This document shows, piece after piece, positions 11,835-26,000 of a DNA stretch of 64,000 bases (positions are counted from its first letter, which is position 1; each line of letters opens with the position of its first letter). Location: NCBI GenBank assembly GCA_015680685.1, contig MNCI01002140.1, forward strand, positions 189,797 through 253,796, written 5' to 3'. The notes beneath the pieces were generated by a model, which was not told the origin of the DNA, did no database searches, and saw nothing but the letters and a program-made list of their open reading frames with translations. The position numbers and the translations under genes were made by a program. The DNA is from Gnetum montanum. Taxonomy: Eukaryota > Plantae > Gnetophyta.

Positions 11835-14613
11835 CACTATAAGTCCTAGTTTGATCAACAAGACCATTCTAGGTACCACATTTCCATTTCTAGTAGGCCT
11901 TCACATGGATGCGGGGTCAAAGCTATGCACCCACAAACCTCTCAGTGTGCCATTCCAACCTCTGAGATTTTCAGTCACTATAGACCCCATGGAGAAACTT
12001 TTGTTATACTATGATGTCATTTGGCCTTAAGAATGTCAAAGCAACCTATCAATGAGTCATAACCTATATATTTAGCAATTACATGCTAGGTTTGCTTAAT
12101 GATTATGTAGATGACATAGCCATTAAGTCCAAGATAGCCAATGATCATGCTAATGACCTAGACATTTTGCTTAAATGATGCCTCAAATATGAGCTTAGGC
12201 ACAATCCTAATAAATGTATATTTGGTGTTAAGACTGGTAAGATTCTTACCTTTGTAGTATTTGAAGCAGGGATATGTGTCAATCCTGATAAGGTTAAAGC
12301 CATATCCAAATTAGCAACACCTACAAACCATAAGGAGCTTTAGGGATTACAAGGAAAATTACAATTTATTCATAGGTTTATTGCTAGGCTTATGGATAAG
12401 TTACAGCCCATGCAACACTTGCTTAAGAAAGGGGTTCACTATGAGTGGATGGCTCAATGCCAAGAGGCCTTTGAAAACCTTAAGCAAGGATTAACACAAC
12501 TACTAACAATCTATCCTCTATAAGAGGATAAACCATTTTACATTTACCTTGCCATCTTTAACACATCTATTGCCTCTCTACTCTATTAGAAATGTGATGA
12601 TGGAATAGAAATTCCTATATACTACTGTAGCCACATGTTAGTTGCCCATGAGGCTTGATACACTAAAGTGAAGAAATATTGTCTAGCACTAATCTTCTCC
12701 TTAAAGAAGTAGAGACGCTACCTCTTTAGAAGGCAAGTCAACATCATTTGCAAAGATAACATACTCAGAGCCATAATGACTAACATCTATGAAAGTAGTT
12801 GTATAGCCCAATGGAAAGCCATAACCATGGAATTTGTCCTTCATTATATCTCTCAATCCTCAAAAAAAGGTCAAGCTATAATCGTACAATTCACAATTTC
12901 ACTTATTAATGACTAAGTAGCCATAGATCCTAAGTTCCTTGATGAACACATTAGCACTATTAGCCAAGTGCGTGAGGGTTATGAGGTGGTCATGCACTTT
13001 GACGAAGCTTCAACTACCCATGGGACCAATGCCGTTGCCATCGTAACATTCCCATTTGGTGAAATCTAACACTTAGCCTATTGTTTTGAGTTCCTGTGTA
13101 TCAACAACATAGAAAAGTATGAAGTTTTGATCATAGGAATGATGGTAGCTCATAACCTAGGAATTAGACACTTAATGATCAAAGGCAATTCACAACTCAT
13201 GGCTAACCAAGTGACCAAAGTTTATGCATGTAAAGCTAAACACTTACAACCATACTGTGATCTAGTGAAGCAATTATTACAACAATTCATAGATGTTGAT
13301 ATCCAACACATACCCTAAAATGAAAATTCCATAGCCAATGTAATCACAACATTAGCCCTTGGTGTTATGCTAGATGTGTTTAGCAAGTTGTCCATCTTAA
13401 CCATGGACTGTGCTACTTCCATCACATAGAACACTAAGGATACCTTTGTGGCTATCCTTCATACTACTCCTCTTGAGTGGTGTGATGATATCAAATTTTA
13501 CCTTATGCATGAAAAATCCTCACAAGGCCTAACTATTACTCAAAAGGACATTATACGCAAGCTATCAAAGTAGTATGTCATCATAGGTAGTAACACATTA
13601 TGTTGACGATCCTATAATGGCATACTCCTAATGTGCTTAGGTAAAATTGAAGCTAGAATAGTCCTAAATGAGGTTCATGAGGGTGTTTTTGGATGACATA
13701 TAGGACATAAAGCTATGATTGCTAAGATTAGATGATTAGGCTACTATTGGTCCCATATGGAAAATGAGTGCCTGCAGAAGGTTAAGTGGTGTGACACATG
13801 CCTAATTTTTCTGCGAGACATAGCTTCATCATCACTGTAATCAAATACTTTAAAAATTAGGTTGAGGATATTCCTATAAGGAAGACTACATTTGAACAAG
13901 TCTGCAAATTCATCCTAGATAACATTGTAGCTCGTTTTGACATACCCATGACCATAGTAATAGATAGTGGACCACAATTTAGTAGCCATGAAATGAAAGA
14001 TTTCAATCACAACCTAGGTATTAAGCATTCTTTCTCATCACCCTATTATCCTCAATTCAATGGATAAGTAGAAGCCAACAACAAGGCCATCATTAACTTG
14101 CTCAAAAAGATGCTTAACAATAGTAAATGCAAGTGGCATGAGTAGCTTGTCTATGCACTATGGACATACAGAACAACCTATCACACTGCAACCAGTATGA
14201 CCCCTTATAGTCTGTTTTATGATTCTAAAGTTGTTTTACCTCTTGAATTGCACATGCCATCGCTCCAAGTAGCCTTGACCAACTTCATCAATAATGAGTA
14301 GAGCAAGGAGTTGCGAATAGTAGCCATAAACTTGATGGAGAAGCAATGTATGCAAGTTCTTACTCATATTGAACACTATCAAGAGATGCAAAAGTGATAG
14401 CATTACCATAACTTGACCATGCAAAAGATCAAAGAATATGACTTGGTCCTCAAAGCTATTCATGAGCATGCAGAAAAATTCTTAGCCAGCTAGAAAAGGT
14501 CCTTCCTTGTCACCAATGCCTAAGGGAATAGTGCATTCAGAATAGCTGACATGGATGGGAATGAGCAGACCAGTTAGGTCAATCATTCCTATTTAAAGTC
14601 ATACTACATGTAG
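11835..14613 (+). pseudogene. pol: Decayed pol (RT 3' part, RH, aRH, INT) of an older Tat element 'A2' into which A inserted
   Basis: LLNDYVDDIAIKS, HFDEAS, NQVTKVYACKAKHLQPY, integrase core with an internal deletion near 13805; homologous to 5400-8172. Confidence 0.9.
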
Positions 14614-14863
14614 CTAACAAATCATCAATAAGTGAGCCTACTTTCAATAATCCACTATAATCTTAAACTAGCAACATAGCCTACCAAGGCCTTAAACTAT
14701 TACCATGACTTACCATAGCCTTAAACTAGTAACTTTGGTGACTTGGATAGCCTAATTCTCATGTGACCTATAAGCATTATAACATTATAATATGCAGTGG
14801 TATTTTTTTTCTTTGTCGATTCCTCTCAAGTCAATCCTTTAGGCACCAACAAAAAGGAACCAT

Positions 14864-15530
14864 TGAAACACCATAAAAATTTTCATGTTATAGTTAATAT
14901 TCATCATGTAACTTTTACCCCATGAATCTCAAGGCAAAAATTCATTGTAAATGTGAAGATTGTAATCCACAATGGGAAATTTCACATACTTTATACTTTT
15001 GGGGTTGAAAATGCCTCATAAGTGATCAAAGACTCATTCCCCAAGTGAAAAAAGTTACTCAGTGTCTATATTTTAGCTTGGAAGGATCAAAATGCCTTTT
15101 GGAATGCCAAAAATGGTAATTTGATCGATTTTATGAGAGGTATACATTTTTCTACACTGGAAACACTTGTAGGGGGTAGATCTCACCTACACCCAACCTA
15201 GAGAGGTGGGGGCTTTCCCCTCAATTTCAAAAATTTTTGTCTTCCCCCAGTGTGAAGACTACATGCTTAGCTTGGAAACCTTTCCCCCTTAGCATGGAAT
15301 TTTTTCCCTAGCATGGAAATTACATGCCCCTAGCGTGGAAGCCACAAAAGCCAGAATTCATCACTTCATGCACTTCAACGTTGACCAATGACTTCAGCAA
15401 GCATGGTAGAGAGCTCAACATGGAAGATGCATCTTTAGCATGGAAGTTGTGTCTTGGTTACTATTTATAGTAATAAAATGGCCATGAAGGAAAGAACTTA
15501 CTAACCCCCCAAATTTGGGCACCCATCTCA
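14864..15530 (+). repeat. 3' LTR (truncated) of element A2
   Basis: CAACAAAAAGGAACCAT|TGAAACACC; first ~200 bp match the minus-strand LTRs starting at 39532 and 57101. Right boundary approximate. Confidence 0.65.
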
Positions 15531-17285
15531 CTTGAACAAGAAAAAAGTTTAGTAGCCAATTTGTGAAAATTTGGTAGCCATTTTATAGTGATTTTGTAGC
15601 CAAATCATAGCCATTTTGTAGTCCCATTTATGGTCCAAAACCAACCTCAGACACCATTTATAGGTTCCATAATTTTGGAGACAATGGACCACTTGACATG
15701 GTTCAACAATGTTTTACACAAGTAAATATTTTCAATTTAGCACTTAAAAAAAAACTTTCTATGATTCCACACTGGGACATTCTCAAGAACTTAAGAGTTC
15801 TTACAATATCCCATGTTTGCATTCTCTTAAACCCCAATGTGGAAGCATTATAGCCTTGAGACTTGTGGATTTTGGATGTCAATGTTGCATTTCTAGGATT
15901 CCCAACTCCCAACATGGAGCACTTTGGCCACCAAATTTTTACTTTTCTCATCTCCCACCATAGCAAGCATTACAAATCTGAGATTGCAACATAGGAGGTT
16001 TGATAGCATCAAGAGTGGTAGGACATCTAGATCATGGATTTGATTGCATCAACTTCAACTAACCTTGAACTCCCATCCAATTGAACCCACTATTGCCCAT
16101 TTAGGCACCATTTGTACACATTTATCTAACATATTCTTTATTTTTTATTAATAAATTTTTAAGTTTTGGATTTTGTGTATAAGATATATCTACTTATTTT
16201 CTATACATTATTTGGATCTGTTATCATTTTTTGCATTTCATTTCATTATCATATTTCTCAAACCCCCCAAGTACTTGTTTGATCTACTGGATTGACTAGG
16301 CACCCCAAATTCCATGCTTTCGTGGAGGTCCTAGGGATTCGTTGGTTGAGGAACTTCTGTGCATCAAATCTCCTTCAATTTTTTCTAGCAATTAAATTTT
16401 CTAGTTGCAACACTACCAGAATTCAAAGCACAATTACATAACTCTCCCATGCGGCCCATAATAACTTCTAGTGGGGAGTGGTACATGGGAGAGACATACT
16501 TATTCTGGAATAATCGACATGTCGATTCAATGTCCAAGATCAAGAACATTTTTGTGTTCTACTTAGTGAAAGCCATTACATAGGCCCTTGGGTTACCAAA
16601 AACTAGGGCCAACTTTGCTAAGATTCCAATGCAGGAAAATCTTGGCATCAAGAAAGAATGGATGCAATGATCTTATGGAGTTGACTGCAAGGAGTTTGGT
16701 GTACTAACCATGGTGGAATGTGCATATTTAAGGATTGTGGCCTTTCACCTCAATCCAACGATGAGGCCAAGAAAAATTACATGTTTCTCTACCTATGCAT
16801 GTGTCACTCTAAATGATAGATTCTAAGTCAATCTTCCACAACTTATCTATCTTGAGATAAAGAAGTAGTTTAAGGAAAATGAACATGGAAGGAAGGCTCT
16901 CCCCTTTTCATGTCTCATTCAGAAATTATGTAAGAGGGGAGGAATAACATGCTATACAAATGATGCCATCTAATGTGCTTCAACCACCTCTTGGGAAAAA
17001 TGATAAAGGATAAGGTGCTTGCTATAGTCATCCAAGAAGAGGAGTAGCAACCACCACTTCCACCACCCACTCATGAAACAACGTTGGAGTCCTATGCCAC
17101 TCTTGAATGCATTTGAAAGATCCAAGAGCAACTCTTACATGGTCAAGAGCATCAAGCAAGAACGAGTGATGGTGATCCATTTTTGTATTACCTAGCTATG
17201 AGCCACCTCAACGAAGTGTCTTGACCATAAGCTAGATGGAAGGAGTTGAACCAATTTTCTTAGCCCAAATAATGTAGCTTCCCAT

Positions 17286-18557
17286 TGAAACACCATGAAA
17301 TTTTGAGACCTTGATGATTTAGCAAAGTCTCGAAGTTTAGGCAAGGATCTCCACAAGTGCAGCATCAAGACATCCGAGTGATGGAAACACTGAAAACAGT
17401 AGCACATCTTAGCAAGTTTTCCTTTTTTGGCTAAGGACCTACTATGCTACGCTACGCAGCTTAGCGTAGCAGACTTCAGGAGGATAGAATAGAACAAGGG
17501 ATGCACAGTGATAACACTTCAACTTTGCAAGTTATCCATATGCCAAAATCCTAACTTTTGGCATATTACGCTATGTTATGCTATGCAGTGTAACGCAAGC
17601 AGCACAGTTGATTTAGCCACAACAACAAGGATAACAAAATTTAAGTAGTATTAGTCATTACGCCATGATATGCTTCCCAACGTATCACAGCATAGCCGCA
17701 GGATAGTTTACTACCAAAGATCTTGAAATCCTTCAACTCTAAAGACAAGGGTGGTTACGCTACACTACGCTTCAAAGCATAGCATAACATAGCGTCACAA
17801 GCGTCAGCTACAGCACATCAGGTCAATGGCATTCTGTGGGCCCAGGACACACATCATATAAACTGCGTTTTTCTCCTAACCCTAATCTTATAAATACCCT
17901 GGCGAATAATGCTCAAAGGGTTGGAAATTTTGGAAAAGATTAGCGAGAAAGCAAGAAAGAGTTGGCAATAAAAGAGCATCAACGGTGACAGAGAGAAGCT
18001 TTTGGCCAGAGATTTCAAGCTAGCAAACATTTTGCTTCGAGTCTGACTCCCTTGTGCCTAGATTGGCTAGTGAACAAGGTAGATTGACCTTTTCTTGTTT
18101 AATCTCTAAATAGCTTCTTATTGGTAGCAGTTACTTCATCCAAACCAGAGTCCGTTTGTAAATCCCGTTGTATTCATCATATTTGTCTATAAGGTTGATC
18201 CTAGATCTCGGGATCGTGCATATTCTAAGTCTGATTCATTACACCCTATTTACATTGAATTTTACAATCATTTTTCATAGTTTACATCGTCTTCATTTCC
18301 TTCAAGATCTGATCTTGGAGCAGATCTCATTTTCTCATCAATCGATATTATATTATATTCTCATATCAAATCGTTTCCTTGTTACATGATCGTTAACAAG
18401 TTTACTGACTAAGTAAGTTCCTATCTGATCAACAAGATCATTTAGGGCACCTCGGATCTGTTTTCCTCAACACAGCCCTGGCACAGATTCGGGGTTGGAA
18501 ATGTGTACATGGAAATCCTCTTGGTGTTTCCAGCAACTAACGTTTTCCATCGTTATA
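17286..18557 (+). repeat. 5' LTR of element B
   Basis: TGAAACACC...CATCGTTATA (terminal CA>TA); collinear with 33100-34380; TATAAATA at 17889. Confidence 0.95.
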
Positions 18558-18563
18558 GTTTTA

Positions 18564-18596
18564 TGGTGCTAGAAGGAGGGCCTGAACCTCCGATCT
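18564..18596 (+). promoter_or_regulatory. Primer-binding site, tRNA-Asn type, with extended complementarity
   Basis: TGGTGCTAGAAGGAGGGC is the 18-nt PBS (plant tRNA-Asn 3' end recalled as ...CCCTCCTTCTAGCGCCA); it continues CTGAACCTCCGATCT, the complement of the T-arm. Confidence 0.8.
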
Positions 18597-18812
18597 GCAT
18601 TTCATGGGTAGCCCTGTAAGGTGTCTGTACCCATTATCAACTAGCGTAAACATGATACCTCCATGGTCGTTTACGTGATCGTGTGGTACAGATCGGTCGC
18701 TTCGACAATTCCTCTGGAATCCAACAGGATAGAAAGCCCACGTTTGGATTTAGCCCTCTTTTTCCTTTGTGATCTTTATCCTTGTTATCATTGCCTTCTA
18801 ACTACGTAGAGA

Positions 18813-21800
18813 ATGGCTGTCATAACTACCGTCGTTTTCACCACTAGTCTTGAAACCCCCTTGACGACGCAGCCTACATAGGCTACTGTAAAGCCATCGA
18901 CTAGACCGGTGCGGTTACGCCGGTCTCTCAAGATTGAAAACAAAGAGCCCGAGGGACACGTTCAGCAAACGGAACATTATAATTTCTTTTGTGCTAAACT
19001 TATGGTGAATCTGCATATGTATCCATAAAAACTCAAAGAGAAACGCGAATATGAGTTCATCTATTGTAATGGGAAGGAATTCGTTCCTTCACTTAACGCT
19101 TCCATACCCTTAACGGACCAACAATGGATGTTGGATCAACTGTTTATGGCCAGGGCATCGACAGAACAAGGATACACGATGTTCCGTGATGAAGCATTCC
19201 ATGATGGGCAAGAAGACCTGGACACCCACTCCGATGGAGGAAGTCATGCTAGCTTTGTTATGGCTCCTCCCTCCACAACTTCTCTTGCAAATCTGCTTTT
19301 TATGATCACTACGTTGTTATCATTTTCTACTGCCGACCATGTGGTGCATGCGTCACATCAGCATTTCTTCTCTCCAGCTTCCTTTCCATATGTCATTCCT
19401 CCACAAACCATTCCTTCGTAGTCATAGTTAACCAACCCATTACATTGCATGCATTTACCATATGTGCACATGGTACCCACTTTGCAATTACACACTGCAC
19501 CCGCATTCATCCCATCTATTTCTCCCACACTACCATCAATAGTAGGACCCTCCACTACTGCATGGTGGGCTCCAAATAAATCACCCCCTATCGCATAGCC
19601 TACGTAGATGTCCTATCTTCCCCATAATCAACACCAAGTCTCACAAACAGTAAATCCAACTATAGGGTCATTGTGTATGCCCCCGGCTATGCAAACAACA
19701 TATCCTATAGCACAATCGATGACTGTCGCCCCACCTACACCACCTACTAGGTGGTGGATGACACGGGTGGTACCACCTGTAGTGACAATTCCGAATGCAT
19801 CACCTACAGGCTATGCTGCTGCCCGTATCTCACCACCAATCGTGGCTCCCCTTGCTATTCCACAACCAATCTCTACATCTTCAGGTCTGGATCAAGCCTT
19901 CCAGCTTATTCAAACCCTTATCGAGGAGGTTAAACACCTTAATGCTACTGGTTCTGACATAATACAGGTCATGGATTTCTACCATGACGATCCTATCAGT
20001 TTGGCAGTACCCATCTTGTCAGTACCTCCTAGGATGCCACTTCCCCATTTTACATAATACAATGTGGAGGGCGATCCCAATGCTCATCTAGTTACCTTCA
20101 AGTTAGAGTCATTGTTGCTACAACAATGGCCACATACCATCATCTATGTCTTTGATATGTCCCTAACGAGTAAGGCTTTAGATTGGTATCATGCACTTCC
20201 ACGCTCCTCCATCTCAACCTTGGAAGAGCTACTGACTCAGTTCATGACTCGTTTCAAATACAACCTGAAACCATAGGTCACACTAGACTAGTTAATGGGA
20301 GTTAAGCAAGATCCGCTCAAGCTAGTCCAAAAGTTTATATAGTGGTGGAGCGCCACCTTGAATGAAATCTGTGAGCCCATCTTGGAGGCCCATCTATTGG
20401 CAATCTTCAAGGGGGAAGTTAATGACTTCATTAAGTCCAAACTGTATTACCTTGCTCCCCGCTCCCTCAGCCAAGCCTTCGCTCAAACTAAGAGCATTCA
20501 AGACGTGGTGGAGGGTAGAAAAGACCTAGCGTATGTGGTATATAAAAATGCCCACAACAAAAGCAAAGACAAGGGCAAGGCTACAGCAACAACGGTAGCA
20601 GTTGTGGCCCTAAGAGGCCAAAAAGAAAAATAATAACAAAAGGTAGCTAAGGTGACTATTGAGGCCATAGCTAGCTCAAATAGCATCGATCAGGAAATAG
20701 CATCGGCCCCTGAGGTGTCCCCTTAGCCAAAGCCCAATTTTGAGCATAAAGACCGCTCAAAATATACGACCCTACCCGTAAAGCCTTCAGAATTTCTAAA
20801 CCAACTACTAGGAACTGGTCACATTCAACACAAGAAGGTGTCGGAAGAGGCACTGAAGTGCCACAGATGACATTGTGAGCTACTTAAGAATCCCTCCTTG
20901 GCCCTGCTTAATGAACCACCAATTCCCAAGAACTTCAGGCTAGATCATTTTCGCAACTACCACCAGCTGTGTGGTCATGACATGGACTACTATTGGACAT
21001 TGAAAGATGAAATTCAACACATGATTGACCAAGGTAAGTTGATCCTAGACAGCTGTAGTCCAATTCTTCCAGAAAACTAGTCTATGCACGTGTGCCAAGA
21101 TTCGTTAAACACAAATAATGTAGGGTATACTATCAACATGGTGGGTATGGATGGAAATGGTCCAACATCACCAAAACAACCCTTCGTGTGGCACGTGCCT
21201 TCTCACCCACCTCAAACGACAAGCCTATCGACATCGATAGGTGCAGCTCAGCAACAACCTTTTGTCCTCCGAGTTCCACCTCGGACGACTATTCTGCAAC
21301 AGACTGTCATTAAAGCCACAACCTACCCCGTGCCCACACCTAGTGCACCCTTTGTCATCAAGGTGCCAAAGTCGTCAGTTGCTCCTGCTACGCAGGGGCA
21401 AACGTCTAAGACAACGCCCCGACCTTAACCTACAATGAGGGAAGAAGGGCGTGTGACAGACAAAGTAGCCAAGGAATACCTTATGCTAGGGTTTCCTATG
21501 CCTACGCCTCTCATCTCGGCACCCTTGGCTCCTTCTTCCTCTGAAAAGGACGATGTTATGTAGACGCGGCCATCTTCTCCTTGCCCAAGAAAACATAGTC
21601 CGAAACTAGAAATCGTTCCTCCTTGAGAGATCTGTCTCCTGGGATGAATGGAAGAAGAGAAGTGCAACAAACAACCAGACTATGGGCATAATCTCCTCGA
21701 TGCTTTTAAGCAAGTTAGCCAGGCTCTCAAGTAGAAAAATACAATGCTAAGCCTGTATGACTTGCTGATAACATCCCAAAAGCATTGTGAAGCCATGGTT

Positions 21801-22586
21801 CACATGTTAACATCCATACCTGTGGAAAAAAACTTGCCAGTAGATGAAGAAGCAATCCATTCGATCATGCTTCCCCCTGCTGCTGAACAACCACGACCTT
21901 CTCAACTGACATTGTATGAAGAGTCCATTAAGGATGACCTAGAAAAGGGTCAAGTGACAACAGCACCCATGTTCATCACTATCCAGGTCGGCCAATATAG
22001 GATCCAAAGAGTACACGTAGATGACGGGGCCGCTGCTAATGTAATTCCATTTTCTATAGTGGAAAAACTAGGTTTGATTGACTAGATCAATCCGACGATG
22101 ATGTCATGTTTGAAGTCATTTAATAGGGCACGAGTGCAAGTTAAGGGAACTGTGCAGATCAACTTTGTAGTAGGGGATCAATTCCCCACAATCGTAGTGT
22201 TCATCATTGTCGAGGAGATGCCCGACTTCAACCTAATCTTAGGGAGGTCTTGGTTGGCTTAACTAAGGGCTGTCTCATCACCCATTCATCGAGAAATCCA
22301 CTTGCCCTATGTGGGAGGGGAAGTGATCATCCATGGTTATAAGATGACCCCTCAAGCTGTCAACAACATGGAGATAGAACAAGGTTTGGAGATTGAAATC
22401 CCTGAAAATCAAACTCCTGTCCCAACAGTTGAACAGGCTAACATAGTGGCCAATGAAATCTTGACTTGGGCTAAATTACCTTTCCAGGGAGGAGATGGTA
22501 GCGTACAAGAATGCTGTAATAAGCCTCCTCATCCATATGCGTCTCCAAACCTAAAAATGATCAAGAAGCAGTTGCGGAGCTAATAA
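18813..22586 (+). pseudogene. gag: gag-protease polyprotein (single frame, interrupted only by stops)
   Basis: ORF-track pieces 19128, 19608, 20064, 20358, 20898, 21084, 21744 and 22302 share one frame. Motifs EGDPNAHL, KALDWYHAL, YHQLCGHDMDYYWTLK (degenerate Zn knuckle), RVHVDDGAAANVIP, NLILGRSW. Ends TAATAA. Confidence 0.92.
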
Positions 22587-22687
22587 ATAAACACATTAGC
22601 ATGACATGTTATATCAATCCACATTGTTTACTGTTACGCAGTTTATGTTCTTTCTTGTCGCATCATTATCATTACACTTTTTCATAG

Positions 22688-22855
22688 TGGCCCAGCCCAA
22701 AATGGCCTTAAAATATTTATGGCCCACTATGGCCTAAAACTGGAAATTCTATTTATTCTTTTTCATGTGTGAATGGCCCGGCCTGAAATGGCCTTAAACT
22801 ATCAGCGGCCCGAAATGGCCTTAAACTATTGCAGGCCCGCAGTGGCCTAAAACGT
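22688..22855 (+). repeat. Tandem array (GGCCC..AATGGCCTTAAACT core) after gag-PR
   Basis: About 5 imperfect copies of ATGGCCT(T/A)AAAC. Confidence 0.8.
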
Positions 22856-23013
22856 ATAACCTTTCTAACAACGCATTTTCTTTTCTTTTCATAAACATTA
22901 AAAAATAAAAATTTTCTTTTACAATCACCATTAACCAACTTAAAAAACCAAAACAAAAAAGTTATCCTTTATTCCCTTTCATTACAAAAAAATGTTTGGC
23001 CAATATCGCTACG

Positions 23014-26000
23014 CTACACGTCCCCTTTGTTACCACCACCATTTGCATCATCCAACTCCACATCTACCTCATGAGGGTCTTCCTCATGAGGATCTCCTTC
23101 GGGTGGATTCTCTTCATGGACGTGATCATCTCTGTGAGGCTCCTCCTCATGGGGATTCTCTTCGTGTCGATCCTAAAATCTGACATGAAGCAAATGTTAG
23201 TGTCACTATTAAAATCACGCGTAAGAATAATACAATAGTTGCATAGCTTACCTATGATGGTCCTGCATCGACCATGAAAGGAATTTGTTCCAGGCCGACT
23301 AACACATGTTGCATAATCTTGTCCTCAATGAGCTCTAGCCAAACGTCATCTCCTAGATCAGTTCCAACCTTTACCTTCCCCTTTTCCACAGGAGTCCACT
23401 AGGGTGGTTCAAGAAAAAAGGAAGGGATAGTAGTCTCCTCTCCAGGGAGGGTCATCTCCCTCTCAGGGGAGACACTCAATCACTTGCTCCTAAAACTTTT
23501 CATACACTCCAGAAGCACTGATGACATTCAGGAACAGCCAGAGGGAGCACGCCTCAACCACAGAATCTCTGTAATATCAGTGGTAGGTGGCACATTCCAA
23601 CTTATACATGTGTTTATGATTTTTTTGTGCCTGCCCCCATTCCTAGACCCTCGCACTGAATTCCTTCCATTCTTGGTTCTTCTGGGCTAGGAGATCCATT
23701 TGCATCTATTGCTCGATGAGCTCACGGCTAACTTGGACATTGTTCCTGACGACCATCCAATAGTGGACATAGTTAATCACAACTGTCTGCCAATTCTTGT
23801 CATTGGTATCTCGAGCTTGCAGAAATTCATTCCTGGTCTCAAGGTCCTCAACCCTAGTAGTTAGGGTCATTTTCTCTTTTTCTTCTTTCTACAACATCTT
23901 CCAGAGATCTTCATTGACGTTCTGACTCTCCCATAGAGAACGGGTCAAGCACAATGCACATTTACGCATCTCATCGTAAAGGCCACATGGCACTTTGGCA
24001 ACCTCTAGTGAAGGTTCAGGGACGGCATCTATGTCGATAGGCTCTTTGGGATCCCATTTGAGGTGAGATGCTGTACCACAAAAAATAACAATTAGACGTA
24101 ATAGGATGACACAATGTGATAGTTCAAGAATCCCTGTATAACAACAGTGACATACTAATCTTAGGATCAATTCGCTCAAAGTGATTGATCATATCATTGA
24201 CAATGCCCTCCATAAAGGCAAATTTCTCAGGATCCTCAACCCAATGTCGAGTAGGGGTTGCTAATGAAGGTATGCCACTATTGTTAGAAGTCTTTACTAC
24301 GCAAACAAAATGAGTTAAACATAACATAGTAGACAAAGGAAAAATTTGAGATGTTATGATAATGCAAAGCTCCTATCCAGCAGACCCTCAAGAATAATAG
24401 CAGGAAGATTGCCCTTGAAGGAAAGGTCAAGCAAGTGGTCGAACTCACCAGCAATGAACCCCTTCTCCCTTTCTGGCTCATCCAAAAGGGACTCAGCATC
24501 CTCTACGCTCATCTCCCCTTCAAGCACAGGAGCCTGTGTGCTATCTACGTTGCTAACAGGGGCCTCTTTTTCCAAAACTGGGGTTCCTTCCCCATGCCGC
24601 AGGACTATGGCCCCTATTTCAGGCATTAGTCCCTTTATATCGTTCCCTTTTCCTGTAAAATGCATCACAGTTGACAAAAAAAAATTTACTCACTTTTCAC
24701 GAGTACTACGTGACATAATGATGTCTATACATAGTGTAATATACATAAACTAATTACGCATTCCCCCACTTACCAGCTGAGGGATGGCTCCTGTGAAACT
24801 TAATCCGTAGTTTCCTTCCCTCTTCACTAGTCAGGCTAGGAGACTCCATAGCCAGAAGAAGTTTTTTTTGCTGAACTGATGAAGCTACTATTTCTACTTC
24901 CAAGTGCTTCCCCCTTGATGCACTACTGGTGTAAGAAGGGGACATCCCATCCATGCTGTCTTGGCCTCGGACGGGAGGCACCACCCAATCCTTAGTTATT
25001 AGTGAAAACGATTCCCTGATACCTTTAGGAGGATCTTGGGATTGGATGGTGCAGAAGACCTAGGAAATCCATGGCTTGGAGATCTAGTTACGATCCTACT
25101 ACACCCAGACTCCATCCCTTTGAACCACCAAAAATTTGGCAAAATGCCGCAAACAAGCTATGAAGAAGGCAAAGTGCACGTTGAAACAAGACTCAAGCTT
25201 TTTGCGAAGAATGACCATTTTAGCCTGTAGGCCTTCAGCAAGGTGCTTGGCCCAATTATATTGTTTTTCCTCCTCCATAACCTCCTACATGATCCAGGCC
25301 TGCTCTATGCCAAGGATTTTTCCTTGGATGAGTAGCTTGGGAAAAGCATGAGCTCAGAAGAGGGGGTAAATGATATTAGCCACCTCTAGCTTGATCTTCT
25401 TAGCATAGATGCCTTTCAGTTCTTTTTTAACCCCTTGCCACTCCTCTATGTCCTTCTAATATTTAGAACTCTTTTTTGATCTTTCTTCCACTGAGAGACA
25501 ATTAGAAGGAACACCAAAAAATTTGGTGAACAGTTGAGCATTAATATCAAAACTCACACACACATTACGCACACGTGTGTGAAGATGCTCGGCTTGTTCG
25601 TTGAAGGAGTTGACCAGGGCCAACATTTCGGTTACTGTGACATCAGGGGTTACAGCTAGAAATAGCTCCATCAATCTAGCTTCTTGGAGGTTATTGGTTA
25701 TGATAGTTGGGGCTGCTCTGTGGCAAAGCCAACGTTGCGCTTCATTTATGTCACCATAATGGAAGAAGATGGTGGCTGCGTCACGCCCAAAGGCTATCAC
25801 TGTGACCTCCCATGATTCTTTAACTATAAACATAAAAAAATAGGTTAGAAAAAACAACAAAATAGTAAAATCTTATAAACTGTTCTCATTCCATAAGGTC
25901 ACATAGTTGATCAGTGTAGTGCAACTTACCGCATCCAAAAGGTAAAGGAAACGGTGGGATGTCCTCTTGCACGTCATCAACAGTGATGGGACAATCCAAA

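Noticed and set aside
18564-18596. tRNA gene on the minus strand
   Set aside because: Only the 3' 33 nt including CCA are present, right after an LTR; this is a PBS.
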